This document shows positions 13,584 through 28,100 of a stretch of 64,000 nt of DNA, in pieces. The translations under genes were made by a program, and so were the position numbers. This stretch comes from Nemertoderma westbladi (Eukaryota; Animalia; Xenacoelomorpha). How positions within the stretch are numbered: position 1 is the stretch's first letter; each line of letters begins with the position of its first letter. The stretch is taken from the NCBI GenBank assembly GCA_032718475.1, contig JAUCBJ010008300.1, positions 60,541 through 124,540 on the forward strand, in the 5' to 3' direction. The notes beneath the pieces are model-generated. The model did no database searches, was not told where the DNA came from, and was given only the letters and a program-made list of their open reading frames with translations.

Positions 13584-15171
13584 TTAATACTCATTATATT
13601 CATGAAATAGCTGAGAAATTTGAGGTGAATTATTGTATCACATATTAACTTCGGCTCCAGCCGCTTTGGCAATACGATGAAACTATAATAAATATTCTAG
13701 AACACAACAATATTAACAGGGAGATAGGCTACTTATCTCTCCACTCTGAGAGCCTCAGAAAGGGGGTGTTCCGACGCAATCAAAATTCATCCATCTCCAG
13801 GGGAAAGACGAAGCAAAAAACAGCTGATTACTTCTATAAATGTAAGTGTTACCTGCTCTTTTGACTTTCATTTAAGATTGTCTATCTCTTGGAGTGGGTT
13901 AGAAGTCATGAATATGAAAATCGATGTGGTTTTTTGTAAAAAATCAGAGGATATTTTAATAAATTAATGCTGAAAAACACCAAGGATTTTGACATGGCTT
14001 TAATACTCATTATATTCATGAAATAGCTGAGAAATTTGAGGTGAATTATTGTATCACATATTAACTTCGGCTCCAGCCGCTTTGGCAATACGATGAAACT
14101 ATAAAAAATATTCTAGAACACAACAATATTAACAGGGAGATAGGCTACTTATATCTTCACTCTGAGAGCCTCAAAAAGGGGGTGTTCCGACGCAATCAAA
14201 ATTCATCCATCTCCAGGGGAAAGACGAAGCAAAGGACGGCTGATTACTTCTATAAATGTAAGGGTTACCTGCTCTTTTGACTTTCATTTAAGATTGTCTA
14301 TCTCTTGGAGTGGGTTAGAAGTCATGAATATGAAAATCGATGTCGTTTTTTGAAAAAAATCAGAGGAGATTTTAATAAATTATTGCTGAAATCACCAAGG
14401 ATTTTGACATGGCTTTAATACTCATTATATTCATGAAATAGCTGAGAAATTTGAGGTGAATTATTGCATTACATATTAACTTTGGCTCCAGCAGCTTTGG
14501 CAATACGATGAAACTATAATAAATATTCTAGAACACAACAACCCAGTGTGTCAAACGCACATTTTCCGCAGTGCGTATTTAGTGCGATACGCGTGCGTTT
14601 CGCTTTGCGTTTTTAGTGCGTTTCTAGTGCGGAGAACAAAAGAAAATGTGACGGTGTGAAATGTGCGAAACGCACGTATTTAATACGCGCTTTGACTTTT
14701 TTTGTGTGTTTATACCGCATATTTTTCGCAGGTGGTTTATATGCGTAATAAACATTCAAAAAACGCACAATTGCAAGTGAGAAATACGCAGATTTTACGC
14801 ATCGTATACGCAATGTTTACTCACATTTTACACACTATTTACGCTTATTAAAAGCGGTAAATACGCAGGTTTTATGATGCATTGTATACGCAATGTTTAC
14901 TCTCCCAATCTCCCAGAACTATAACCATGCTTTAACGGCTTTAACTTTAAAACTTAACTTTAAGTTAATAAAATATTGTAGAAAAATTTGGGGGGCAGGT
15001 ACCTGAATAACGACATGATAATTAAATTTATTTTTTTTAGTTGAAACGTTTGATATATTATGAACCAATTTTATAATATATTAGCGGAATAATCGAAATA
15101 TGAAAATGCTTATTGCTAGTATGCTTATTTAATTAAAACAGAATTAACTACAACTTGACTACAATTTGAAA

Positions 15172-15948
15172 TAGCTACATAACCGAATTTAGCACAAGTA
15201 TAAATATAAACGGGTCCATCAATGAGTATAAAAGGGTTCAGCTACAAGTATAACCGAATTTAGCACAAGTATAAATATAAACGGGTCCAGCTACAAGTAT
15301 AAACGAGTATAAACGGGTCCAGCAATGAGTATAAAAGGGTTCAGCTACAAGTATAACCGAATTTAGCACAAGTATAAATATAAACGGGTCCAGCAATGAG
15401 TATAAAAGGGTTCAGCTACAAGTATAACCGAATTTAGCACAAGTATAAATATAAACGGGTCCAGCAATGAGTATAAAAGGATTCAGCTACAAGTATAAAC
15501 GAGTATAAAAGGGTCCAGCAATGAGTATAAACGGGTCCAGCTACAAGTATAAACGAGTATAAACGGGTCCAGCTATAAGTATAAACGAGTATAAACGGGT
15601 CCAGCTACAAGTATAAACGAGTATAAAAGGGTCCAGCAATGAGTATAAACGGGTCCAGCTACAAGTATAAACGAGTATAAACGGGTCCAGCTATAAGTAT
15701 AAACGAGTATAAACGGGTCCAGCTACAAGTATAAACGAGTATAAAAGGGTCCAGCAATGAGTATAAACGGGTCCAGCTACAAGTATAAACGAGTATAAAC
15801 GGGTCCAGCTATAAGTATAAACGAGTATAAACGGGTCCAGCTACAAGTAAAGAAACTGGTCCATCAACTAGTATATAGAAACTGGTCCATCAACGAGATT
15901 ATACAAAACTGGTCAATCAAAGAGATTATACAAACTGGGTCCATCAAC
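15172..15948 (+). repeat. Compound minisatellite (22- and 32-bp units, 71- and 118-bp higher-order units)
   Basis: Units agctacaagtataaacgagtataaacgggtcc and agcaatgagtataaacgggtcc. A 118-bp block starts at 15541, 15659 and (partially) 15777. Confidence 0.95.
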
Positions 15949-15974
15949 AATCCTCATTCTCACCTCGTTTTCCT

Positions 15975-16877
15975 ATAAAGATATTATAAGCAGTTTATTA
16001 ATATTATATAGGCGTATATACCATGGTAAATAAATTACTGACTTAATTTTTTTTAGTTTAACTACACCTTTAATCAAGGTAATATAGTTTAGAGCACAAT
16101 AATTATGACAATATTACATTACAATATTACAATAATAATAATTACACAATAATTATGAGTTAACTATTATAATTAATAATACACACACAAACCGCCACCA
16201 GAATATTAAATTTAAATTTAAAGGAGCGTAGTGCAAAGTAAAGGTTCCGAGTTTTATTTAGAGGCTAGTTCGGTCAGAGTCGGTGCAGATGGACAGTGCA
16301 AAGCGTGGTAGCGATCACAACAGTTGCCATGGCAATAGAGGCAGATACAGTCTGTTGAAAGTGAGTGGAAAGGCCGGTTTGTTTGGCAAATTTTGTGGTG
16401 AAAACCGTGAGATGTAAATCTTGTTAATACGTGACGATTGCGCTGTTTAGATAGTTTCCAGGTAGAAGAAGCAAAAGCAGGGCCATTTGAGTAATTTTCT
16501 TGGATAAAGTTGAGTTCACGGTTGTGGCGGTAATGATTGTATTGCGTAATAACTTCGGTGTTAAATATCAGAGGTGATTTCGTAATTATGTCTTCGATAA
16601 AAGATTGTTCATCAACGAGATGAAAAGCTAGAGTCGATGAAGCCGTGATATGAAGGCCGAGCAACCGTTTAATGTAAGTTGATTTGATGCGGTCCAGTTC
16701 TTTCAGGTTTGCTAGGGTTAGGAAGCGGGCGAAGACAGGAAGGGCATAGAGAGCCATAGGGGCAATTTTCATTCTGAAAAGTTTTAATCCAGTGTCAACA
16801 GATAAAAGCCTGAGGTTGTTAAGAGAGCCCGTAATACTATACGATTTTTTCTTTTTTGAGGTAATATGTTTCGTATA
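15975..16877 (-). mobile_element. 5'-truncated non-LTR retrotransposon (LINE) 3' fragment nested in the CMC-like element
   Basis: Post-RT coding remnant at 16877-16254, then an AT-rich 3' UTR with a minus-strand AATAAA near 15995. The 3' boundary is approximate. Confidence 0.75.
16254..16877 (-). pseudogene. C-terminal part of a LINE ORF2 (RT thumb/connection region plus Cys/His finger)
   Basis: The frame is open upstream of the listed Met (YTKHITSKKKKSY..LKLFRMKIAPMALYA), matching the HI..K..L..LY..P.L.Y pattern that follows LINE RT. It ends in CICLYC..DRYHALHC. The RT catalytic core is absent. Confidence 0.75.
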
Positions 16878-19800
16878 TTACTCATACTTAATTAATACGA
16901 TATTAAAGCTCACGAAGACTTATTAAGTTTGAAGACGGTCACCTATAAATATATTATATATAATATGTTAGTAACATATAATAGTGTAAAATATATACTG
17001 GTACATCGAAAAATGTTATACATACGGGGCCTTCCTCTGCTCCTACCACAAACCAAAGTTATTTCGACCCAATTTCATTCTTAAATACACCACCGCTGGC
17101 GCAAGTAGTTCCACCTCTTCTACCTCTGCATTATATCCTCTTTATAACACTTATTGGTTTGGATATGTTTATAAATAAAATTTTATAAAGATAAATTTCT
17201 TAAAAAATTACGTAATTTGAAATATAAAAAAATATTATTTATTTATTAATTAATTTACTATATTTTTATTATATTGTTTAATTATCCATTTACCGTTTCT
17301 TGTATCGCACATCAAGTGATGAGTTTTGCTCATGGCATCCACCAACTCCTCCATAGTAATGCCATCAAATTTCTGAGAATTAACAATAAATAACAGATTG
17401 GTAACGCCCAGTTTCTGAAGCGAATATTTGACTGGGCAACCATTACTGATGACCTACCTACCCGGTGACCGCTGACCGGTTCCAAACACAACACAGACCT
17501 ATCAAGCACATACCTTGTACGTGTACCGGTACCTGCCCACAGAGTGCTGGTCTGCTGGAGTGTTCTCAGTAATCACGCAATGCATGATGGGATATTTCCC
17601 ATGATGCATTGTGTTGTGTGTAATAAGTGCGGATATGACAGGTTTTAAACACACTTTGGGCAAATGTGTACAACACGCACATTTCATAGTTACTGTGTTT
17701 TTAGTGTGGAAATTGTGCGGTATTTTCGCCTGATGATGCCCTTCAAAATAAATGCGTCAATCCCACATTAATTACACACTTATCCGCATAATTTACGCAT
17801 TCCGCGTGCGATCCGCATGCGTTCCGCACTTTCTTGACACACTGGGAATATTAACAGGAAGATAGGCTACTTATCTCTCCACTCTGAGAGCCTCAAAAAG
17901 GGGGTGTTCCGACGCAATCAAATTCATCCATCTCCTGGGGAAAGACGAAGCAAATAACAGCTGATTACTTCTATAAATGTAAGTGTTACCTGTTCTTATG
18001 ACTTTCGTTTAAGATTCTAAATCTCGTGGAGTGGGTTAGAAGTTATAAATATGAAAATCGATGTCGTTTTTTATAAAAAATCTGAGAATATTTTGATAAA
18101 TTATTGCTGAAAGCCCACGGATTTTGACATGGCTTTAATACTTCACTATGTTCATGAAAAAACTTAGATATTTGAGGTGAATTATTCCATTACATTATAA
18201 CTTTAACTCCAGCCACATTAGCAATACGATGAAACTATAATAAATATTCTACAACAGAACAATATTAACAGGGAAATAGGCTACTTATCTCTCCACTCTG
18301 AGAGCCTCAGAAAGGGTGTGTTCCGATGCAATCAAAATTCATCCATCACCAGGGGAAAGGCGAAGCAAAGAATAGCTGATTACTTCTATAAATGTAAGTG
18401 TTACCTGTTCTTTTGACTTTCTTTTAAGATTGTCTATCTCGTGGAGTGGGTTAGAAGTTATTAATATGAAAATCGATGTGGTTTTTGAAAAAAATCAGAG
18501 GATATTTTGATAAATTATTGCTGAAAAACCCCAAGGATTTTGACATGGCTTTAATACTCATTATATTCATGAACTAGCTGAGATATTTGAGGTGAATTAT
18601 TGCATTACATATTAACTTTGGCTCCAGCCGCTTTGGCAATACGATGAATCTATAATAAATATTCTAGAACACAACAATATTAACAGGAAGATAGGCTACT
18701 TATCTCTCCACTCAGACAGCCACAGGTAGGGAGGGGTGTTTTGACACAATCAAAATTTAACCATCTCCAGGGGAAAGACGAAGCAAATAACAGCTGATTA
18801 CTTCTATAAATGTAAGTGTTACCTGTTCTTATGACTTTTGTTTAATATTCTCTATCTCGTGGAGTGCGTTAGAAGTTATAAATATGAAAATCGATGTCGT
18901 TTTTTGTAAAAAATCTGAGAATATTTTGATAAATTATTGCTGAAAGCCCAAGGATTTTGACATGGCTTTAATACTTCATTATGTTCATGAAAAAACTTAG
19001 ATATTTGAGGCTAATTATTGCATTACATAATAACTTTAACTCCAGCCACATTAGCAATACGATGAAACTATAATAAATATTCTACAACAGAACAATATTA
19101 ACAGGGAAATAGGCTACTTATCTCTCCACTCTGAGAGCCTCAGAAAGGGGGTGTTCCGATGCAATCAAAATTCATCCAACAACAGGGGAAAGGCGAAGCA
19201 AAGAACAGCTTATTACGGCTATAAATGTAAGTGTTACCTGTTCTTTTGACTTTCATTTAAGATTCGCTATCTCATGGAGTGGGTTAGAAGTTATAAATAT
19301 GAAAATCGATGTAGTTTTTGAAAAAAATCAAAGGATATTATGATTAATTATTGCTGAAAAACCCCAAGGATTTTGACATGGCTTTAATACTCATTATATT
19401 CATGAAATAGCTGAGAAATTTGAGGTTAATTATTGTATCACATATTAACTTTGGCTCCAGCCGCTTTGGCAATACGATGAAACTATAATAAATATTCTAC
19501 AACAGAACAATATTAACAGGGAGATAGGCTACTTATCTCTCCACTCTGAGAGCCTCAGAAAGGGGGTGTTCCGATGCAATCAAAATTCATCCATCAACAG
19601 GGGGAAGGCGAAGCAAAGAACAGCTTATTACGGCTATAAATGTAAGTGTTACCTGTTCTTTTGACTTTCATTTAAGATTCGCTATCTCATGGAGTGGGTT
19701 AGAAGTTATAAATATGAAAATCGATGTAGTTTTTGAAAAAAATCAAAGGATATTATGATTAATTATTGCTGAAAAACCCCAAGGATTTTGACATGGCTTT

Positions 19801-22800
19801 AATACTCATTATATTCATGAAATAGCTGAGAAATTTGAGGTGAATTATTGTATCACATATTAACTTCGGCTCCAGCCGCTTTGGCAATACAATGAAACTA
19901 TAATAAATATTCTAGAACACAACAATATTAACAGGGAGATAGGCTACTTATCTCTCCACTCTGAGAGCCTCAGAAAGGGGGTGTTCCGACGCAATCAAAA
20001 TTCATCCATCTCCTGGGGAAAGACGAAGCAAATAACAGCTGATTACTTCTATAAATGTAAGTGTTACCTGTTCTTATGACTTTCGTTTAAGATTCTAATT
20101 CTCGTGGAGTGGGTTAGAAGTTATAAATATGAAAATCGATGTCGTTTTTTATAAAAAATCTGAGAATATTTTGATAAATTATTGCTGAAAGCCCAAGGAT
20201 TTTGACATGGCTTTAATACTTCATTATGTTCATGAAAAAACTTAGATATTTGAGGTGAATTATTGCATTACATTATAACTTTAACTCCAGCCACATTAGC
20301 AATACGATGAAACTATAATAAATATTCTACAACAGAACAATATTAACAGGGAAATAGGCTACTTATCTCTCCATTCTGAGAGCCTCAGAAAGGGGGTGTT
20401 CCGATGCAATCAAAATTCATCCATCAACAGGGGAAAGGCGAAGCAAAGAACAGCTTATTGCGGCTATAAATGTAAGTGTTACCTGTTCTTTTGACTTTCA
20501 TTTAAGATTCGCTATCTCATGGAGTGGGTTAGAAGTTATAAATATGAAAATCGATGTAGTTTTGTAAAAAATCAGAGGAGATTTAAATAAATTATTGCTG
20601 AAAAACACCAAGGATTTTGACATGGCTTTAATACTCATTATATTCATGAAATAGCTGAGAAATTTGAGGTGAATTATTTTATCCCATATTAACTTCGGCT
20701 CCAGCCGCTTTGGCAATACGATGAAACTATAACAAATATTCTAGAACACAACAATATTAACAAGGATATAGCCTAATTCTATCTTCACTCTGAGAGCCTC
20801 AAAAAGGGGGTGTTCCGACGCAATCAAATTTCATCCATCTCCTGGGGAAAGACGAAGCAAATAACTGCTGATTACTTCTATAAATGTAAGTGTTACCTGT
20901 TCTTATGACTTTCGTTTAAGATTATCTATCTCGTGGAGTGGGTTAGAAGATATAAATATGAAAATCGATGTCGTTTTTTGTAAAAAATCTGAGGATATTT
21001 TGATAAATTATTGCTGAAAGCCCAAGGATTTTGACATGGCTTTAATACTTCATTATGTTCATAAAAAAACTTAGATATTTGAGGTGAATTATTGCATTAC
21101 ATAATAACTCCAGCCACATTAGCAATACGATGAAACTATAATAAATATTCTACAACAGAACAATATTAACGGGGAAATAGGCTACTTATCTATTTACTCT
21201 TAGAGCCTCAAAAAGCGGGTGTTCCGACGCAATCAAATTTCATCCATCTCCAGGGGAAAGGCGAAGCAAAGAACAGCTGATTACTTCTATAAATGAAAGT
21301 GTTACCTATTCTTATGACTTTCGTTTAAGATGCTCTATCTCGTGGAGTGGGTTAGAAGTTATTAATATGAAAATCGATGTGGTTTTTGAAAAAAATCAGA
21401 GGATATTTTGATAAATTATTGCTGAAAAACCCCAAGGATTTTGACATGGCTTTAATACTCATTATATTCATGAACTAGCTGAGATATTTGAGGTGAATTA
21501 TTGCATTACATATTAACTTTGGCTCCAGCCGCTTTGGCAATACGATGAATCTATAATAAATATTCTAGAACACAACAATATTAACAGGAAGATAGGCTAC
21601 TTATCTCTCCCCTCAGACAGCCACAGGTAGGGAGGGGTGTTTTGACACAATCAAAATTTAACCATCTCCAGGGGAAAGACGAAGCAAATAACAGCTGATT
21701 ACTTCTATAAATATAAGTGTTACCTGTTCTTATGACTTTTGTTTAAGATTCTCTATCTCGTGGAGTGCGTTAGAAGTTATAAATATGAAAATCGATGTCT
21801 TTTTTTGTAAAAAATCTGAGAATATTTTGATAAATTATTGCTGAAAGCCCAAGGATTTTGACATGGCTTTAATACTTCATTATGTTCATGAAATAGCTGA
21901 GAAATTTGAGGTCAGTTATTGTAATACATATTATCTTCGGCTCCAGCCGCTTTGGCAATACGATGAAACTATAATAAATATTCTAGAACACAACAATATT
22001 AACAGGGAGATAGCCTAATTATATCTTCACTCTGAGAGCCTCAAAAAGGGGGTGTTCCGACGCAATCAAATTTCATCCATCTCCTGGGGAAAGACGAAGC
22101 AAATAACAGCTGATTACTTCTATAAATGTAAGTTTTACCTGTTCTTATGACTTTCGTTTAAGATTCTCTATCTCGTGGAGTGGGTTAGAAGATATAAATA
22201 TGAAAATCGATGTCGTTTTTTGTAAAAAATCTGAGGATATTTTGATAAATTATTGCTGAAAGCCCAAGGATTTTGACATGGCTTTAATACTTCATTATGT
22301 TCATGAAAAAACTTAGATATTTGAGGTGAATTATTGCATTACATAATAACTCCAGCCACATTAGCAATACGATGAAACTATAATAAATATTCTACAACAG
22401 AACAATATTAACGGGGAAATAGGCTACTTATCTCTTTACTCTTAGAGCCTCAAAAAGCGAGTGTTCCGACGCCATCAAAATTCATCCATCTCCAGGGGAA
22501 AGGCGAAGCAAAGAACAGCTGATTAATTCTATAAATGTAAGTGTTACCTGCTCTTTTGACTTTCATTTAAGATTGTCTATCTCTTGGAGTGGGTTAGAAG
22601 TCATGAATATGAAAATCGACGTCGTTTTTTGTAAAAAATCAGAGGAGATTTTAATAAATTATTGCTGAAAAACACCAAGGATTTTGACAAGGATTTAATT
22701 CTCATTATATTCATGAACTAGCTGTGATATTTGAGGTGAATTATTGCATTACATATTAACTTTGGCTCCAGCCGCTTTGGCAATACGATGAAACTATAAT

Positions 22801-25139
22801 AAATATTCTAGAACACAACAATATTAACAGGGAGATAGGCTACTTTAATTATCTCTCCACTCTGAGAGCCTCAGAAAGGGGGTGTTCCGACGCAATCAAA
22901 ATTCATCCATCTCCTGGGGAAAGACGAAGCAAATAACAGCTGAATACTTCTATAAATGTAAGTTTTACCTGTTCTTATGACTTTCGTTTAAGATTCTCTA
23001 TCTCGTGGAGTGGGTTAGAAGATATAAATATGAAAAACGATGTCGTTTTTTGTAAAAAATCTGAGGATATTTTGATAAATTATTGCTGAAAGCCCAAGGA
23101 TTTTGACATGGCTTTAATACTTCATTATGTTCATGAAAAAACGTAGATATTTGAGGTGAATTATTGCATTACATAATAACTTTAACTCCAGCCACATTAC
23201 CAATACGATGAAACTATAATAAATATTCTACAACAGAACAATATTAACGGGGAAATAGGCTACTTATTTCTTTACTCTTAGAGCCTCAAAAAGGGGGTGT
23301 TCCGACGCAATCAAAATTCATCCATCTCCAGGGGAAAGACGAAGCAAAGAACAGCTGATTACTTCTATAAATATAAGTGTTACCTGCTCTTTTGACTTTC
23401 ATTTAAGATTGTATATCTCTTGGAGTGGGTTAGAAGTCATGAATATGAAAATCGATGTTGTTTTTTGTAAACAATCAGAGGAGATTTTAATAAATTATTG
23501 CTGAAAAACACCAATTATTTTGACAAGGATTTAATACTCATTATATTCATAAACTAGCTGAGATATTTGAGGTGAATTATTGCATTACATATTAACTTTG
23601 ACTCCAGCCGCTTTGGCAATACGATGAAACTATAATAAATATTCTAGAACACAACAATATTAACAGGAAGATAGGCTACTTATCTCTCCACTCAGAAAGC
23701 CACAGGTAGTGAGGGGTGTTTTGACACAATCAAAATTTAACCATCTCCAGGGGAAAGACGAAGCAAATAACAGCTGATTACTTCTATAAATGTAAGTGTT
23801 ACCTGTTCTTTTGACTTTCGTTTAAGATTGTCTATCTCGTGGAGTGGGTTAGAAGTTATAAATATGAAAATCGATGTCGTTTTTTGTAAAAAATCTGAGA
23901 ATATTTTGATAAATTATTGCTGAAAGCCCAAGGATTTTGACATGGCTTTAATACTTCATTATGTTCATGAAATAGCTGAGAAATTTTAGGTCAGTTATTG
24001 TAATACATATTATCTTCGGCTCCAGCCGCTTTGGCAATACGATGAAACTATAATAAATATTCTAGAACACAACAATATTAACAGGGAGATAGCCTAATTA
24101 TATCTTCACTCTGAGAGCCTCAAAAATGGGGTGTTCCGACGCAATCAAATTTCATCCATCTCCTGGGGAAAGACGAAGCAAATAACAGCTGATTACTTCT
24201 ATAAATGTAAGTTTTACCTGTTCTTATGACTTTCGTTTAAGATTATCTATCTCGTGGAGTGGGTTAGAAGATATAAATATGAAAATCAATGTCGTTTTTT
24301 GTAAAAAATCTGAGGATATTTTGATAAATTATTGCTGAAAGCCCAAGGATTTTGACATGGCTTTAATACTTCATTATGTTCATGAAAAAACTTAGATATT
24401 TGAGGTGAATTATTGCATTACATAATAACTCCAGCCACATTAGCAATACGATGAAACTATAATAAATATTCTACAACAGAACAATATTAACGGGGAAATA
24501 GGCTACTTATATCTTTACTCTTAGAGCCTCAAAAAGCGGGTGTTCCGACGCAATCAAAATTCATCCATCTCCAGGGGAAAGACGAAGCAAAGAATAGCTG
24601 ATTACTTCTATAAATGTAAGTGTTACCTGCTCTTTTGACTTTCATTTAAGATTGTCTATCTCTTGGAGTGGGTTAGAAGTCATGAATATGAAAATCGATG
24701 TCGTTTTTTGTAAAAAATCAGAGGAGATTTTAATAAATTATTGCTGAAAAACACCAATTATTTTGACAAGGATTTAATACTCATTATATTCATAAACTAG
24801 CTGAGATATTTGAGGTGAATTATTGCATTACATATTAACTTTGGCTCCAGCCGCTTTGGCAATACGATGAAACTATAATAAATATTCTAGAACACAACAA
24901 TATTAACAGGAAGATCGGCTACTTATCTCTCCACTCAGACTGCCACAGGTAGAGAGGGGTGTTCCGACGCAATCAAAATTCATCCATCTCCAGGGGAAAG
25001 ACGAAGCAAATAACAGCTGATTACTTCTATAAATGTAAGTGTTACCTGTTCTTTTGACTTTCGTTTAAGATTGTCTATCTCGTGGAGTGGGTTAGAAGTT
25101 ATAAATATGAAAATCGATGTCGTTTTTTGTAAAAAATCT

Positions 25140-28100
25140 GAGAATATTTTAATAAATTATTGCTGAAAGCCCAAGGATTTTGACATGGCTTTAATACTTC
25201 ATTATGTTCATGAAATAGCTGAGAAATTTGAGGTCAGTTATTGTAATACATATTATCTTCGGCTCCAGCCGCTTTGGCAATACGATGAAACTATAATAAA
25301 TATTCTAGAACACAACAATATTAACAGGGAGATAGGCTACTTATCTCTTCACTTTGAGAGCCTCAACAACGGGGTGTTCCGACGCAATTAAATTTCATCC
25401 ATCTCCAGGGGAAAGGCGAAGCAAAGAACAGCTGATTACTTATATAAATGGAAGTGTTACCTGTTCTTTTGACTTTCATTTAAGATTCTCTATCTCGTGG
25501 AGTGGCTTAGAAGTTATAAATATAAAAATCGAAGTGGTTTTTGAAAAAAATCAAAGGATATTATGATTAATTATTGCTTAAAAACCACAAGAATTTTGAC
25601 ATGGATTTAATACTCATTATATTCATGAAATAGCTGAGAAATTTGCGGTGAATTATTGTATCACATATTAACTTCGGCTCCAGCCGCTTTGGCAAAACTA
25701 TGAAACTATAATAAATATTCTAGAACACAACAATATTAACAGGGAGATAGGCTACTTATATCTTCACTCTGAGAGCCTCAAAAAGGGGGTGTTCCGAAGC
25801 AATCAAAATTCATCCATCTCCAGGGGAAAGGCGAAGCAAAGAACAGCTGATTACTTCTATAAATGTAAGTGTTACCTGCTCTTTTGACTTTCATTTAAGA
25901 TTGTCTATCTCTTGGAGTGGGTTAGAAGTCATGAATATGAAAATCGACGTCGTTTTTTGTAAAAAATCAGAGGAGATTTTAATAAATTATTGCTGAAAAA
26001 CACCAAGGATTTTGACAAGGATTTAATACTCATTATATTCATGAACTAGCTGTGATATTTGAGGTGAATTATTGCATTACATATTAACTTTGGCTCCAGC
26101 CGCTTTGGCAATACGATGAAACTATAATAAATATTCTAGAACACAACAATATTAACAGGGAGATAGGCTACTTTAATTATCTCTCCACTCTGAGAGCCTC
26201 AGAAAGGGGGTGTTCCGACGCAATCAAAATTCATCCATCTCCTGGGGAAAGACGAAGCAAATAACAGCTGAATACTTCTATAAATGTAAGTTTTACCTGT
26301 TCTTATGACTTTCGTTTAAGATTCTCTATCTCGTGGAGTGGGTTAGAAGATATAAATATGAAAAACGATGTCGTTTTTTGTAAAAAATCTGAGGATATTT
26401 TGATAAATTATTGCTGAAAGCCCAAGGATTTTGACATGGCTTTAATACTTCATTATGTTCATGAAAAAACGTAGATATTTGAGGTGAATTATTGCATTAC
26501 ATAATAACTTTAACTCCAGCCACATTAGCAATACGATGAAACTATAATAAATATTCTACAACAGAACAATATTAACGGGGAAATAGGCTACTTATTTCTT
26601 TACTCTTAGAGCCTCAAAAAGGGGGTGTTCCGACGCAATCAAAATTCATCCATCTCCAGGGGAAAGACGAAGCAAAGAACAGCTGATTACTTCTATAAAT
26701 ATAAGTGTTACCTGCTCTTTTGACTTTCATTTAAGATTGTCTATCTCTTGGAGTGGGTTAGAAGTCATGAATATGAAAATCGATGTTGTTTTTTGTAAAA
26801 AATCAGAGGAGATTTTAATAAATTATTGCTGAAAAACACCAAGGATTTTGACAAGGATTTAATACTCATTATATTCATGAACTAGCTGAGATATTTGAAG
26901 TGAATTATTGCATTACATATTAACTTTGGCTCCAGCCGCTTTGGCAATACGATGAAACTATAATAAATATTCTAGAACACAACAATATTAACAGGAAGAT
27001 AGGCTACTTATCTCTCCACTCAGATAGCCACAGGTATGGAGGGGTGTTTTGACACAATCAAAATTTAACCATCTCCAGGGGAAAGATGAAGCAAATAACA
27101 GCTGATTACTTCTATAAATGTAAGTGTTACCTGTTCTTATGACTTTCTTTTAAGATTCTCTATCTCGTGGAGTGGGTTAGAAGATATAAATATGAAAATC
27201 GATGTCGTTTTTTGTAAAAAATCTTTGAAAATTTTGATAAATTATTGCTGAAAGCCCAAGGATTTTGACATGGCTTTAATACTTCATTATGTTCATGAAA
27301 TAGCTGAGAAATTTGAGGTCAGTTATTGTAATACATATTATCTTCGGCTCCAGCCGCTTTGGCAATACGATGAAACTATAATAAATATTCTAGAACACAA
27401 CAATATTAACAGGGAGATAGGCTACTTATCTCTTCACTTTGAGAGCCTCAACAACGGGGTGTTCCGACGCAATTAAATTTCATCCATCTCCAGGGGAAAG
27501 GCGAAGCAAAGAACAGCTGATTACTTATATAAATGGAAGTGTTACCTGTTCTTTTGACTTTCATTTAAGATTCTCTATCTCGTGGAGTGGCTTAGAAGTT
27601 ATAAATATAAAAATCGAAGTGGTTTTTGAAAAAAATCAAAGGATATTATGATTAATTATTGCTTAAAAACCACAAGAATTTTGACATGGATTTAATACTC
27701 ATTATATTCATGAAATAGCTGAGAAATTTGAGGTGAATTATTGTATCACATATTAACTTCGGCTCCAGCCGCTTTGGCAAAACTATGAAACTATAATAAA
27801 TATTCTAGAACACAACAATATTAACAGGGAGATAGGCTACTTATATCTTCACTCTGAGAGCCTCAAAAAGGGGGTGTTCCGAAGCAATCAAAATTCATCC
27901 ATCTCCAGGGGAAAGGCGAAGCAAAGAACAGCTGATTACTTCTATAAATGTAAGTGTTACCTGCTCTTTTGACTTTCATTTAAGATTGTCTATCTCTTGG
28001 AGTGGGTTAGAAGTCATGAATATGAAAATCGACGTCGTTTTTTGTAAAAAATCAGAGGAGATTTTAATAAATTATTGCTGAAAAACACCAAGGATTTTGA

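Larger units (their letters stand above)
14542..17846. mobile_element. Non-autonomous TIR DNA transposon, CMC (CACTA/EnSpm)-like, 3305 bp
   Basis: Perfect 13-bp TIR CCCAGTGTGTCAA (14542-14554) and TTGACACACTGGG (17834-17846). 2-bp TSD AA, with a paralogous empty site at 5502-5503. Subterminal regions are dense in TGCG/CGCA motifs. The superfamily is inferred from the CCCAG ends plus 2-bp TSD; no transposase seen. Confidence 0.85.

Noticed and set aside
15172-15948. CRISPR-like array
   Set aside because: There are no unique spacers or cas genes, and the context is eukaryotic; it is a minisatellite.
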